DNA of 64,000 nt from Eledone cirrhosa. Its lineage: Eukaryota. Of this stretch, positions 13,677 to 30,129 are shown piece after piece. The stretch's first letter is position 1, and each line of letters begins with the position of its first letter. The position numbers and the translations under genes were made by a program. Below the pieces are notes generated by a model. It saw only the letters and a program-made list of their open reading frames with translations, was not told the origin of the DNA and did no database searches. The stretch covers positions 62,001-126,000 of the forward strand of contig CAXHJY010000768.1 of assembly GCA_964016885.1 (NCBI GenBank), written 5' to 3'.

Positions 13677-13799
13677 TTTTAATATAGATGAGATTCTACA
13701 GGACTAGAACTGTTTCATTCTTTAGAAATCATCAGGATTCCTGATGATTTCTAAAGAATGAAACAGTTCTAGTCCTGTAGAATCTCATCTATATTAAAA
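13677..13799. ncRNA. Palindrome of two head-to-head hammerheads (family H3): + copy 13736-13784, - copy about 13692-13737
   Basis: gattc-CTGATGA-t ttc taaa gaa t-GAAA-cag ttctagtc ctg-TA-gaatc; mirror symmetry about 13738. Confidence 0.85.
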
Positions 13800-14377
13800 G
13801 TATATATATACATACACACACATGTATGTGTATACACCACAGCTAAGAACGCTGTCAACCACCTGCTGCCTTTTTCAAGCCGACGAATAAACCTCTACGT
13901 AGTCGATAGAGTTGCTAGAAATAGCAGCCAAATTTACTAATCTCACTCCGTTGTCTGCACATAAATATCATATAATTTAGTCCTAGATAGACCCTGCCGA
14001 CAAAAGGTGACGGGTCAGTGGTGGCTGAAATACTAGGGACCGTACATAGACCCCTGGAAAGGTTTACCCGGAGCTAACTTCAAAACACCTGCTCCTTAAG
14101 ATAAAGTGGTAGATAGACAGATACGTAGATATTTAGATCGAGAGAGAGACAGGGAGAGGGTATAAATGATTTAGTAGTATTGACATTTATACACAATATT
14201 GTGTATATCTATATACACGCTCTAAAAAATATGGGTGTGTATATAAATGCCAAAAACTGGAGAGAGAAATTGACGTGTTGACAAACACAAACACACACAC
14301 ACACACATATACATATATATATATTCATAATCAGACGGATAGTAAAATAAATGTGTATGTTTATATATATATATGTT

Positions 14378-14409
<32 letters not shown>

Positions 14410-14457
14410 GATACATTGATAAAACGATAAATAAGATAAGATGATTGATGGCTAATG

Positions 14458-14500
<43 letters not shown>

Positions 14501-14502
14501 CG

Positions 14503-14551
<49 letters not shown>

Positions 14552-14603
14552 TTACACACACACACACACATATATACTTACACACGCACACAGACACACA
14601 CAC

Positions 14604-14656
<53 letters not shown>

Positions 14657-14799
14657 AATATATATTTACGTGGTAGTAATATATGTATATACCGATAAAT
14701 GTACATTTGTATATGTATAGTAACATATATATATATATATATATAATATAATATTACACGTGCATTTATAGCACATCTGAATGTATACGCACCACATTA

Positions 14800-14861
<62 letters not shown>

Positions 14862-14933
14862 AGAGTAAAACGGCAGAAAGAATGAATGAGAAAGCAACAT
14901 AGTAAAAACATGAAGAAAAGCTGTATATATACA

Positions 14934-14966
<33 letters not shown>

Positions 14967-14983
14967 GTGGATGTATAAATACA

Positions 14984-15057
<74 letters not shown>

Positions 15058-15125
15058 AGAGTAAAACGGCAGAAAGAATGAATGAGAAAGCAACATAGTA
15101 AAAACATGAAGAAAAGCTGTATACA

Positions 15126-15158
<33 letters not shown>

Positions 15159-15229
15159 GTGGATGTATAAATACATATATGTGTATATATATATATATAA
15201 GTTTATATATAGTAGACGTGGTTACTTAC

Positions 15230-15284
15230 CAAAACGATATGCCCTGTCGATATATCCATATTCGATGAAACGGGTTCCTCGCTC
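15230..15284 (-). CDS. PTPRN2: Internal coding exon (55 nt) of the IA-2/PTPRN2-like gene: (W)SEEPVSSNMDISTGHIVL
   Basis: ccattttccag| acceptor and TTG|gtaagt donor. Its first G completes TG|G (Trp) from the upstream exon. WSEEPxxSNMDISTGH is the signature just before the IA-2 PTP domain. Confidence 0.92.
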
Positions 15285-15763
15285 CTGGAAAATGGTAGTA
15301 CAACAATTTCAGTACGATTTAAGGGTTGTAACATCCGCTCCATGTCTTTACTTTAGTATTTTATACACAACATATATCCGTAACATCATATAATATATAC
15401 ACCATATACAGTCTCTGTATCTACCTTTCTATCTCTATCTATATTGATAGATAGATAGATAGATATATATAGAGAGATATAGCACCCGAAACGACTTTCT
15501 CTTTTAAACTGTAAAATAATATATATCCGTTCGTTTGGGTTTGTAAACACGATGCAAAAGTAGAAAGTATATATATATATATATAATTAAATATATATAT
15601 ATATATATATATATTCACATATATACACACGTATATAAATATATATATATATGTGTGTGTCTAGTAAATGAAAAATAAGTCAAATTGTTAATATAACTGT
15701 AGAAATGTGTCCATTGCTCTTTTCTTTCTTTCTTTCTTTCTTACCCACAACTCTTTTATGTGT

Positions 15764-15797
<34 letters not shown>

Positions 15798-15804
15798 TAT
15801 AGCA

Positions 15805-15843
<39 letters not shown>

Positions 15844-15915
15844 TAGAAGGGGTATTTAATTTGTTGGAAATCCGACAAATATAAATATAAATGTTTATAA
15901 CTGATTTAGAGCACT

Positions 15916-15971
<56 letters not shown>

Positions 15972-15974
15972 CAG

Positions 15975-16016
<42 letters not shown>

Positions 16017-16879
16017 TTTTGTGTTTGTTTTACTATACAAACATACATAATCAGACCATATAATAGTTGTGAGATAAAATAAAGTACCAGTAACACACTG
16101 GGTCGATTTAATTGACTTTTCCCCCGTCGTTTTCAAATTGCTGGCCTTGTGCCAAATGTAAAAACAATCATCATTGTTATTACAGCTGTTGTTGCTGTTA
16201 TTGTTGTTGTCTCTTTAACGACACAATTTAGTTCTGTTGTTGTTGCTCATTTGCCCTTCTCTGTCACTCTATAGCTGGCTGTGTAGGTGTGTCTGCCAGT
16301 ATATATATAAACATACATACCTTAGTGTGTGTATGTAGGCGTATATGTATATATATGTGTGTGTATATATAATTAAAAAGTATGGACAAAGTGTCTATAT
16401 ATATATATATATATATCTATATATATATATATATAATTAATAAGTATGGACGAAGTGTCAACTATATATACTGTGTGTGCGTATGTGTGTGCGTATATAT
16501 ATATATAGTGTGTATGCGTTATATATATGTGAGTATATGTGTGCATGTATATATATATATATAGTGTGTATGCATTATATATATATGTGTGAGTATATGT
16601 GTGCCTGTATATATATATATATAGTGTATGTGTGATATATATGTGTGTAAGTATATGTGTGCGTGTATATATATATGTGTAAGTATATATGTGTGTGTAT
16701 ATATATATGTGTGTAAGTATATGTGTGCGTGTATATATAAATATGTGTAAGTATATGTGTGCGTGTATATATATATATATGTAAGTATATGTGTGTGTGT
16801 ATGCGTTATATATATATGTGAGTATATGTGTGCGTGTATATATATATATATTATAATTGTTAAGAAGCTACGGCACACC

Positions 16880-17625
16880 TATCTGTCTATCTGTCTGTCT
16901 ATCTATCTTTGTATTTGTCCCCTTCTTTTGTGCCCCTGTGGCTAATAAAGAAACATATCTATCTATCTGTCTGTATGTTGTCTATCTATCTATCTATCTG
17001 TTTTCTATCTATCTCTCTATCTGTCTATCTGTTGTCTATCTATCTATCTATCTATCTGTTTTCTACCTATCTATCTATCTGTTATCTACCTATCTGTTGT
17101 CTATCTATCTATTTATCTATCTATCTGTCTCTCTATCTATCTGTCTATCTTAGTCTATCTATCTGTCTATCTATCTTAGTCTATCTTAGTCTATCTATCT
17201 ATATATCTATCTGTCTATCTTCGTCTATCTATCTGTCTATCTATCTTAGTCTATCTTAGTCTATCTATCTATATATCTATCTGTCTATCTTAGTCTATCT
17301 ATCTATGTCTATCTGCCTATCCCTTCTGTTGTGCCCCTGTGGCTAATAAAGAAATCTATCTATCTGTCTGTCTATCTTAGTCTATCTATCTGTCTATCTA
17401 TCTATCTTAGTCTATCTATCTATCTATCTATCTTAGTTAGTCGATTTTCCCCAATAGAGGGAGACAGTTTATTTTTGTCCCCTTCTTTTGTGCCCCTGTG
17501 GCTAATAAAGAAATATATCTATCTATCTTAGTCTATCTATCTATCTGCCTGTCTATCTATCTATCTATCTATCTTAGTCTATCTATCTATCTGTCTATCT
17601 ATCTATCTGTCTGTCTATCTTAGTC
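16880..17625. repeat. (TCTA)n microsatellite containing three 3'-end stubs of the Tx1 LINE (16910-16953, 17321-17354, 17471-17513)
   Basis: The stubs match the Tx1 tail at about 49988-50031 (cccttcttttgtgccc.tgtggctaataaagaaa). Confidence 0.85.
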
Positions 17626-17964
17626 TCCCTGGCTATGCGACAGCACCTCACAACCGCCTTACCCTCTTACTATCTCACTTTCTCTGCGACAGAGAGACAG
17701 GCCAGCCAATGCATGGTCGCTAGACATGCTAAAAATAGCAGTCAAACATCACTTAAATCTCGCCCAAACCCGTCACGACACATAGTACATAAGAGAAAGA
17801 CCAGAGAGTCACGTTTGGAATGTCTTTGATCATGTGTCTCCTCGATCGGGATTATTTACCTGGGGTTAAACAACAACAACAAAAGCAACCCCTCTCTCTC
17901 TACATTCATGTTAGTGTCTTCCTCTATGTCTCCCTCCTTCCGTCTCTTACTATTTCTCCCTTAC

Positions 17965-18420
17965 TCTCTCACTCTCGCTTACTCTCTCTCTCTCTCCCCT
18001 GCACCACTCTCTCTCTCCCGCACCACTAGCTTACTCTCTCTCTCCCGCACCACTCGCTTACTCTCTCTCTCTCTCTCTCTCCCCCACCACTAGCTCTCTT
18101 CCGCACCACTCGCTTACTCTCTCTCTCCCGCACCATTCGCTTACTCTTTCTCTCCCCCTCACCATTCTCTCTCTCTCACGCACCACTCGCTTACTCTCTC
18201 TCTCTCACGCACCACTCGCTTACTCTCTCTCTCACGCACCACTCGTTTACTCTCTCTCTCTCACGCACCACTCGCTTACTCTCTCTCTCTCACGCACCAC
18301 TCGCTTACTCTCTCTCTCTCACGCACCACTCGCTTACTCTCTCTCACGCACCACTCGCTTACTCTCTCTCTCTCACGCACCACTCGCTTACTCTCTCTCT
18401 CTCACGCACCACTCGCTCAT
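17965..18420. repeat. About 24-bp CT-rich minisatellite (cgcaccactcgcttactctctctct)n
   Basis: Directly visible. Confidence 0.9.
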
Positions 18421-19016
18421 CTTCTCTCTCTCCCCCTCTCCATCTTTCTACATGTTAGTCACATTCCTCACCCCTTTACTCTGACTTGCGTCGCTCCTAA
18501 TTTTTCACATTAAACTATTAACTCGACCTTATGTTATAGTGTGTGTATATATATATATGTCTATATATATATATATACATAGACATATATATACACATAT
18601 ATAAACTTCCATTTATATATTTATACATATATATATACACATACATACATATATGTATATATACACATATATAAACTTCCATTTATATATTTATATATAT
18701 ATATACACATACATACATATATGTATATATACACATATATAAACTTCCATTTATATATTTATATATATATATACACATATACATACATATATGTATATAT
18801 ACACATGTATAAACTTCCGTATATATAGTTATGTAATAAACAACATAAGAGAATTATTTCATTTACCAAAGGTTTCACGAAGTCTGTGCCAGGCTCGTCT
18901 GTCTTCGTGAAACCAGTGGCAAATGAAATAATTATCTTATGTTGTTTATTACATAACTAAAAAGCTCTGTAGCCTACATAGAGCACTCTCTTTTCCTTTA
19001 CCTTTCCTACGGAAAC

Positions 19017-19070
<54 letters not shown>

Positions 19071-19171
19071 CATATATATATGTATATGCAAAAGTTCTAT
19101 TTAAAATTGTTGGGATACAACAAGTAAATATGTTATAACTGATATAAAGCACTCGACAAGTTTTTGGAGTA

Positions 19172-19487
19172 GATATACGATATTAATAAATGGAAACTAT
19201 ATTTATAAAACCATATTTATTTCATTATACATATTTCAGGGATACCAAATTAAAATATGGTATGCCTTCATCAGACAAAATACAATATATAAACAGTTTT
19301 ATAAATAATGTTGACGTACCCTGTTAGATGCAACCATTATTTTTGGAAGATTATTTATAAAACTGTTTATATATTGTATTTTGTCTGATGAAGGCATATC
19401 ATAATTTAATGTGGTATCCCTGAAATATGTATAATGAAATAAATATGGTTTTATAAATATAGTTTCCATTTATTAATATCGTATATA
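19172..19487. ncRNA. Fold-back pair of H1 hammerheads: - copy 19218-19282, + copy 19377-19441
   Basis: Both have tattttgt-CTGATGA-..-GAAA-tatgta-TA-atgaaata; arms of about 130 bp are reverse complements. Confidence 0.82.
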
Positions 19488-19582
19488 TATATATATATAT
19501 ATATAGTTGTTATATAGTAAGGTGTATTATTGGTTGTGTCAAACGGTCCAATAAAATTGTTTGATTTGAAGACAATTCATTT

Positions 19583-19657
19583 TCACCTGACGGAGATCAG
19601 TGATAATCGATCATGGCTACACGATCGATCTATCTCTTATTGAAACATGTGTCGTGA
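19583..19657 (+). ncRNA. Hammerhead-like motif with variant core (CTGACGG)
   Basis: tcac-CTGACGG-long stem II-GAAA-c atgt g-TC-gtga; one core mismatch. Confidence 0.5.
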
Positions 19658-19699
19658 TTAAAATGATTGGAAATTTATACCATGCCTTCGGATCTTTAT

Positions 19700-19730
<31 letters not shown>

Positions 19731-19820
19731 ATGGAAAAATTTGAACAGGGACAAAACAGAGAGGCAGTACAATAAATGTTTATTAATTTCACGCTCAGGA
19801 GAGTGGGGTGTAGGTGGGGG

Positions 19821-19852
19821 ACGACGTTTCGGGCATAAGCCCTTCCTCAGGT
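19821..19852 (-). ncRNA. Minimal hammerhead motif followed by AATAAA (Penelope-like pseudo-LTR)
   Basis: Minus strand ac-CTGAGGA-a-gggc ttat gccc-GAAAC-GTC-gt, with AATAAA about 40 nt downstream; stem I is only 2 bp. Confidence 0.6.
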
Positions 19853-20601
19853 GAGAAGTGTGTGGGAACAGAGTTCAAAAGGTGTGTAGGGGAGTGGTGG
19901 AGAGACATATAGCGAAAGGAAAAAATAACAAATAAAGATAAATTTAAAAATAAAGGCATGATCAAAATAAACTGAAATTAAAAGGGGGGTAAACAGGTGG
20001 TGGAAGGGTTATATATACCACAATACCACACCCCCACATACATGCCAACCCGTCTACTGACAACCCACTAACCTCATACCACAGCCCATCCCACTAAGCA
20101 ACCATAATTACCACAACCATATCATAACATCCACCCCCACATACTCTACACGCCAAGGCCAACCCACCACCACCACACCACAGCCCATCTCATCCACCCA
20201 TCGTCACCAACATCTCACCATCACACCCACCCCCATATACACTACAGGCCAGTACATCGCCTTGACCCTTCCCACCAATGAAAACAACTCGTTTTGTCAA
20301 ACTCTTGAATATCTGACTTTACCACATAGCATGTATTTCATTTTCTTATAGCATTTCAGCAAGGTCCGTCGAGCCGCCGATTATTGATTCGGGTAGGATC
20401 AATATAGATCGAACCTTGAGCTGATCAGTGCCGAAACGCGCATCACCTATCAATAAATGCAATGAAGGAATAATCAATCGTCCTTTTTATCCTTTCTATA
20501 TTTTACACTCTGTATAGCTCTACACCTCATCACAGAAGTGAAGCTAAACATCGAGTGCTCTCCAGGGTGAACCTGCAGTAACTCCTAGTTACACCCCCTG
20601 G

Positions 20602-20667
<66 letters not shown>

Positions 20668-20986
20668 AAAGGTTGTGAGTTCAAATCGAAATGTTGTGAG
20701 TTCAATTCTCAGACCGGGTGATGTGTTGTGTCCTTGAGCAAGACACTTTATTTCACATTGCTCCAGTTTACTCAGCTGTAGAAATGAGATGATAGGGACC
20801 CCAGTCCTTATCATTCCACTGCAAAGTGGTCGTGGAGGTGCCACGGCAAAAAAGCACCCAGCACTCACTGTAAATGAGGTTGGTGTTAGGGAGGGCATCC
20901 AGCTGTAGAAATCAAGCCAGAACCAGTTCCCGTCCCACCCTTGCAAGCAGGGAAAAGCGGATGTAAAATGAAATGAATGAAAAATG

Positions 20987-22950
<1,964 letters not shown>

Positions 22951-22967
22951 ACAGGCAGCCATACAAG

Positions 22968-23115
22968 CCGGCGAGTTGGCAGGGTGGTTGGAACGTCAGA
23001 CAGCAGGCAGTATTTATTCCAGCTGGCTGAGCTGGGAGTTCGAATCCCAGGCCCTCCTTGGGGATCAATTAGATAATGTACCAGTGAAGCACTGGGATCG
23101 ATTTAATCGATTAAC
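22968..23115 (+). mobile_element. tRNA-derived SINE, divergent relative of SINE-A
   Basis: A-box TGGCAGGGTGG, B-box GTTCGAATCC, then gtaccagtgaagcactggg. Confidence 0.65.
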
Positions 23116-23200
23116 CTACATCTGCAGTGCTATTTTTAGATTATCGATATAAACCTGTGTGTGTGCATCGCCCCCCCCCCATATGTACTACACACATATT

Positions 23201-23253
<53 letters not shown>

Positions 23254-23377
23254 GTATGTATGTATATATGTATGTATGTGTATATATATATATGTGTGTA
23301 TATATATATATGTGTATATATATATATATATGTGTGTATATATATATATGTGTATATATATATATATATGTGTGTGT

Positions 23378-23425
<48 letters not shown>

Positions 23426-23426
23426 G

Positions 23427-23470
<44 letters not shown>

Positions 23471-23551
23471 CATACATGATGATGAATGTATGTATATATA
23501 CATTTTATATATATTTTATATGTTACATATATATATATATACATACATAAC

Positions 23552-23583
<32 letters not shown>

Positions 23584-23655
23584 TACATACATAACTATAT
23601 ATATATATACATATATACATACATAACTATATATATATATACATATATACATACA

Positions 23656-23694
<39 letters not shown>

Positions 23695-23860
23695 TATATA
23701 TATATATATATATATACATAACTATATATACATAACTATATATATATATATATATAGTTATGCATGTATATATATATATATATATGTATATAGTTATGTA
23801 TGTATATATATATATATAACTATATATACATAACTATATACATATATATATATATATAGT

Positions 23861-23911
<51 letters not shown>

Positions 23912-23928
23912 CTATATATACATAACTA

Positions 23929-23972
<44 letters not shown>

Positions 23973-24310
23973 TCTACACTCAAACATATGGACAGAAAAC
24001 ATTGGCATTCGTAAGAATACCGCTCACATACATACATATATACACACATGGCTAACGCACGTGTGTGCACGTATGTATAGGGGTGATGCAAACGCCGACA
24101 GTCGTATATACACATGCACTAACATTTTACGCATCGCTATCATCATTCATCAATTACGACAAGTCATTCACCGAATGCATAAATTATGACAATTAGGTGG
24201 GAGAAGGGGGCGGAGCTAACACCGTAATATTCCATACGGATCCCTCGCCCCCAAGAAACGCCCACACTGCCCCCATCTGTCTCACACACGTGCCCACACA
24301 CACACATATA

Positions 24311-24363
<53 letters not shown>

Positions 24364-24396
24364 TTCATTGACTTTTCTGACGGAATTACTTCCTTT

Positions 24397-24430
<34 letters not shown>

Positions 24431-24449
24431 GCACGCACACACATTAATG

Positions 24450-24495
<46 letters not shown>

Positions 24496-25014
24496 GAAGG
24501 AGGTGTGGTAAGGAACCAGATGGACCATAACACACCAGAGTACTCAATACTTAGGGTAGTAGAGTGGGTAATAGGAAAATGTTTAACCCCGACGACAGAA
24601 CTCAAGCTGTTTCGACGGCTATTTCTGGACTGAACTAGCCGTCAAAACGGCTTGAGCTCTGCCGTCGCTGTCTTGATGATATATATAAATATATATATCA
24701 TCATCATCATTTTACGTCCGCTTTTCCCTGCTTGCAAGGGTGGGACGGGAACTGATTTTTGGCTTGATTTCTACAGCTGGATGCCCTTCCTAACACCAAC
24801 CTCATTTACAGTGAGTGCTGGGTGCTTTATTGCCGTGGCACCTCCACGACCACTTTGCAGTGGAATGATAGGGACCCCAGTCCCTATCATCTCATTTCTA
24901 CAGCTCAGTAAACTGGAACAACGTAAAATAAAGTGTCTTGTTCAAGGAAACAACACATCACCCGGACCTGTATATATATATGTACATATATGTATGTATA
25001 TATATATACATATG

Positions 25015-25285
25015 TCCAAGTCCCATATTGATTTCAATCTGGTGAGGAAAAAGTGGCGGAATAGTGTTCTGAAATCAGAACCATACAACTATTTCAGTAC
25101 ACTGGGCAGTGACCACCAGCTTGTTATGAGTGAGGTCCAGGTAAGCTTAAGAAAGAGCAAGGCTCAGCACCGGAGAGCAATCTATGTCTGGGGAGCTTTC
25201 AAGGAAGATGATAAGGTACAGAAGAGGTTCACAGTAGAAGTGAGGAACAGGTTCAGTGCTCTGTGTGGAGAGACAGAGAAGAGAG
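25015..25285 (+). pseudogene. Non-LTR retrotransposon APE-endonuclease C-terminal fragment (RTE-like)
   Basis: KSHIDFNLVRKKWRNSV..GSDHQLV..VRNRFSAL carries the ID[YF], SDH and NRF motifs. Confidence 0.8.
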
Positions 25286-25296
25286 AGATTGGAGGG

Positions 25297-25470
25297 ACTG
25301 CTTTCACCTTTAGCGGGATCTTCTGAAACTAAAAAAAATCAATCTGTGAACGCAGAAGTAAATATTTCGAAAAACGTTGCAGCCGGAAGACGATACTTTG
25401 AAATATTTACTTCTGCCTTCACAGATTGATTTTTTTAGTTTCAGAAGATCCCGTTAAGGGTGAAAGCAGC
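25297..25470. repeat. Fold-back with about 75-bp arms (25297-25372 / 25398-25470)
   Basis: The arms are reverse complements with few mismatches; each contains GAAATATTTA but no clean CTGANGA. Confidence 0.75.
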
Positions 25471-25609
25471 GATTCTTTGCTTAAACTTTAATCTGTTATT
25501 TTAATAAATATTTGCTCTAGGATTCTTATATATTTGATATATATTTAACCTTATCGAGCCCTGTTTGGATTTTAGTCTTCACACTTATTATTATTACTAT
25601 ATATATATA

Positions 25610-26950
25610 TATATATAATCAAAAGATGGTTAAAAGAGTTCCATGTATTTTATTATGGGCATTTCAAAAACAAATATCATCATGGGATGATATTTGCGTT
25701 CTCATCAGATAAAATAGGGAGACATGATATGAAGCTTAAAAAACACTTGCGAGCAGTGAAGTCTTAAATCAACATATGAAAAATAAAATTAAATCCCTCT
25801 AATTTTATTTTTCATATGTTGATTTAAGACTTCACTGCTCGCAAGTGTTTTTTAAGCTTCATATCATGTCTCCCTATTTTATCTGATGAGAACGCAAATA
25901 TCATCCCATGATGATATTTGTTTTTGAAATGCCCATAATAAAATACATGGAACTCTTTTAACCATCTTTTGATTATATATTATATATACTCCAGTCCTAT
26001 AAACTTTTCAGTGGTAATTATTTGATATTTGCATTGCTTTATTGTGCTACAATAAAACTCACCTCCTATATATATATGTATATATATAGATATCTATATC
26101 TATATATAGAGATATCTATATAGATATAGAGATATCTATATATAGATATATATATATAATGTATAAGGTGAGTAATATTGTAGAGCAATAAAACTATGCA
26201 TATATCAGATAAGTAGCACTCAACAATTGGTAGAACTGGAGTATATATTAAAGAAGAAATTAAAAGATGGTTAAAAAAGTTCCATATATTTTATTATGCG
26301 CATTTCGAAAACAACATCCTGGGACAAAAATTGTGTTCTCATCAGATAAAATAAAGTAACATGATATGAGGCCTAAAAACACTTGTTCACAAGTGTTTTT
26401 AGGCCTCATATCATGTTACTTTATTTTATCTGATGAGAACACAATTTTTGTCCCAGGATGTTGTTTTCGAAATGCGCATAATAAAATATATGGAACTTTT
26501 TTAACCATCTTTTAATTTCTTCTTTAATATATACTCCAGTTCTACCAATTGTTGAGTGCTACTTATCTGATATATGCATAGTTTTATTGCTCTACAATAT
26601 TACTCACCTTCTACATTATATATATATATCTATATATAGATATATCTATATATAGATATCTCTATATCTATATAGATATCTCTATATATAGATATAGATA
26701 TCTATATATATACATATATATATAGGAGGTGAGTTTTATTGTAGCACAATAAAGCAATGCAAATATCAAATAAGTAACACTGAAAAGTTTATAGGACTGG
26801 AGTATAAATAATATATAATCAAAAGATGGTTAAAAGAGTTCCCTGTATTTTATTATGCGCATTTCAAAAACAAATATCATCATGGTATGATATTTGCGTT
26901 CTCATCAGATAAAACAGGAAGACATGATATGAAGGTTAAAAAACACTTGT
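25610..26950. ncRNA. Nested palindromes with five alternating hammerheads (family H4): 25646-25716(-), 25875-25945(+), 26287-26353(-), 26422-26488(+), 26846-26916(-)
   Basis: tattttat-CTGATGA-stem II-GAAA-tgcgca(or tgccca)-TA-ataaaata; symmetry centres at about 25795 and 26387-26388. Confidence 0.88.
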
Positions 26951-27076
26951 GGATAGTGCAGCTTTAAATCAACATGTTCTTATATATTATGTATACTCCA
27001 GTCCTACAAACTGTAGAGTGCTTCTTATTCGATATCTGCATTGCTTTATTGTACTACAATAAAACTCACCTCCTCC

Positions 27077-27122
<46 letters not shown>

Positions 27123-27266
27123 AATAGGCAGATTCCTCTGATGTATATCAGAAGGTGTCCACAGTTAAAGAAGGTACTCAATACATAAGGTACTCAATAC
27201 ATTAGTAGAGTATAGGCATCTTTATATTATTATAGAAATGACTTTTACAGGAATAGAATTGTTTCA

Positions 27267-27313
27267 TTTCCTGATGATTTCTTGTGAATGAAATAGTTCT
27301 GGTCCTGTAGGAG
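27267..27313 (+). ncRNA. Diverged H3 hammerhead with partial inverted arm
   Basis: tttc-CTGATGA-tttcttgtgaat-GAAA-tag ttctggtc ctg-TA-ggag; stems rely on G.U pairs. Confidence 0.6.
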
Positions 27314-27419
27314 ACATTTCTATAATAAAGATCTATAGACTTACATCCCTATCCACCTTCTCCAGTCAACACTGTAAAGTGGTCGTGTAGGTGAGACAGG
27401 GAAAGACACACTACAAAGA

Positions 27420-29682
27420 CACACACTCTCACGAAGCACCCATATACACACATACAGTCACCAGCAAAACACACACACACACACATACATTCACAAGCAC
27501 ACACACACATACACACACCAAGTACACATACACTCATTAGCAAGACACACACACACACACAGATACATATATACACCAAGCACACATACATTCACCAGCA
27601 AGATACATACACACATACAATCCCACATACAAGCACACACACAAACACACACAAGCCCTCATACACACACAAGAACAAACACACACACATACAAGCCCTC
27701 ATACACACACAAGAACAAACACACACACATACACACACACAAGTCCTCATACACACACAAGAACACACACACACACATACACACACACAAGCCCTCATAC
27801 ACACACAAGAACACACACACATACACACACACACACAAGCCCTCATACACACACAAGAAGAAACACACAAATACACACACAAGAACACACACATACGCAC
27901 ACACAAGCCCTCATACACACACAAGAACATACACAGAAACACACACAAGCCCTCATACACACACATACACACACACAAGCTCTCATACACACACAAGAAC
28001 AAACACACACAAGCCCCCATACACACACAAGAACAAACACACACACAAGCCATCATACATACACAAAAACAAACACACACAAACACTCACACGCCCTCAT
28101 ACACACACAAGAACAAACACACACACATACACAAGATCAAACACACACAACCCCTCATACACACCCAAGAACAAACACACATACACACACACACACAAGC
28201 CCTCATACACACACAAGAACAAACACACACAACCCCTCATACACACACAAGAACAAACACACACACATACACACACAAGCCCTCACACACACACAAGAAC
28301 AAACACACACACAAACCCTCATACACACACACAAGCCCTCATACACACATAAGAACATACACACACACAAACCCTCATACACACACACAAGCCCTCATAC
28401 ACACACAAGAACAAACACACACACATACACACACACAAACCCTCATACACACACACAAGAACAAACACACACAACCCCTCATACACACACAAGAACAAAC
28501 ACACACATACACACACAAGCCCTCACACACACACAAGAACAAACACACACAAGCCCTCACACACACAAGAACAAACACACACACAAGCCCTCATACACAC
28601 ACAAGAACAAACACACAAGCCCCCATACACACACAAGAACAAACACACACACATACACGCACACACACACAAACCCTCATACACACACACAAGCCCTCAT
28701 ACACACATAAGAACATACACACACACATACACACACACAAACCCTCATACACACACAAGCCCCCATACACACACAAGAACAAACACACACACATACACAC
28801 ACACAAACCCTCATACACACACACAAGCCCTCATACACACACAAGAACAAACACACACACATACACACACAAGCCCTCATACACACACAAGAACAAACAC
28901 ACACACATACACACACACAAGCCCTCATACACACACAAGAACAAACACGCACACATACACACACACAAGCCCTCACACACACACGAGCCCTCATACACAC
29001 ATAAGAACAAACACACACAAGCCCTCATACACACACAAGAACAAACACACTCAGATACACACACACAAGCCCTCATACACACACAAGAACAAACTCACAC
29101 ACAAGCCCTCATACACACACAAGAACAAACACACACACATACACACACACAAGCCCTCACACACACACAAGCCCTCATATACACACAAGAACAAACACAC
29201 ACATGAGCCCTCATACACACAAGAACAAACACACACACATACACAAGCCCTCATACACACACAAGAACAAACTCACACACAAGCCCTCATACACACATAA
29301 GAACAAACACACACACACAAACACACACAAGCCCTCATATACACACAAGAACATACACACACACACAAGCCCTCATACACACACAAGAACAAACTCACAC
29401 ACAAGCCCTCATACACACACAAGAACAAACACACACACATACACACACACAAGCCCTCACACACACACAAGCCCTCATATACACACAAGAACAAACACAC
29501 ACACGAGCCCTCATACACACACACATACACACGCACAAGCCCTCATACACACACAAAAACAAACACACACACAAGCCCTCATACACACACAAGAACACAC
29601 ACATACACAAGCCCTCATACACACACAAAAACAAACACACACACAAGCCCTCATACACACACAAGAACACACACACACACAC
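27420..29682. repeat. CA-rich compound minisatellite (aagccctcatacacacacaagaacaaacacac)n
   Basis: Directly visible. Confidence 0.95.
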
Positions 29683-30129
29683 TGCTTACTGCTGCATTGC
29701 CCGTCACTATATAATACAGTTTAATACAGGACATTTCAACAGCTTTTGTGGTGTTGCATCTTTACTGCACCAACACCATACAACAGCAGATGCACAGACA
29801 GGGTGTGACATCTAGCTTGACCCACTAGAAATAGCAGTCAAATCTCCTGCAAATTTTACCCTACAACAGGGGCCTCAAACACACAACCCCACAAACTCCT
29901 TTTCTATATCTCACAACAGAACAATTTGGGGCAATAATATTTTCATAAAAGTTGGAATATTTCCCCTGTTTTAATATCTATAATACAATTAATTGCAATT
30001 AACCATGAAATACAATAAAATGACAAAAAAAGGGAATTTATCAAAACTGAAAATGGAATTAAAGAAGATTTGAAGTGGAAAATTTGTCCCCTTAAATTTT
30101 GTACTAATTCACATATCCCAACTACTATC

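Noticed and set aside
20350-20460. Long hairpin followed by GAAACGCG and AATAAA as another hammerhead
   Set aside because: No CUGANGA core or closing stem I found; at most a truncated relative.
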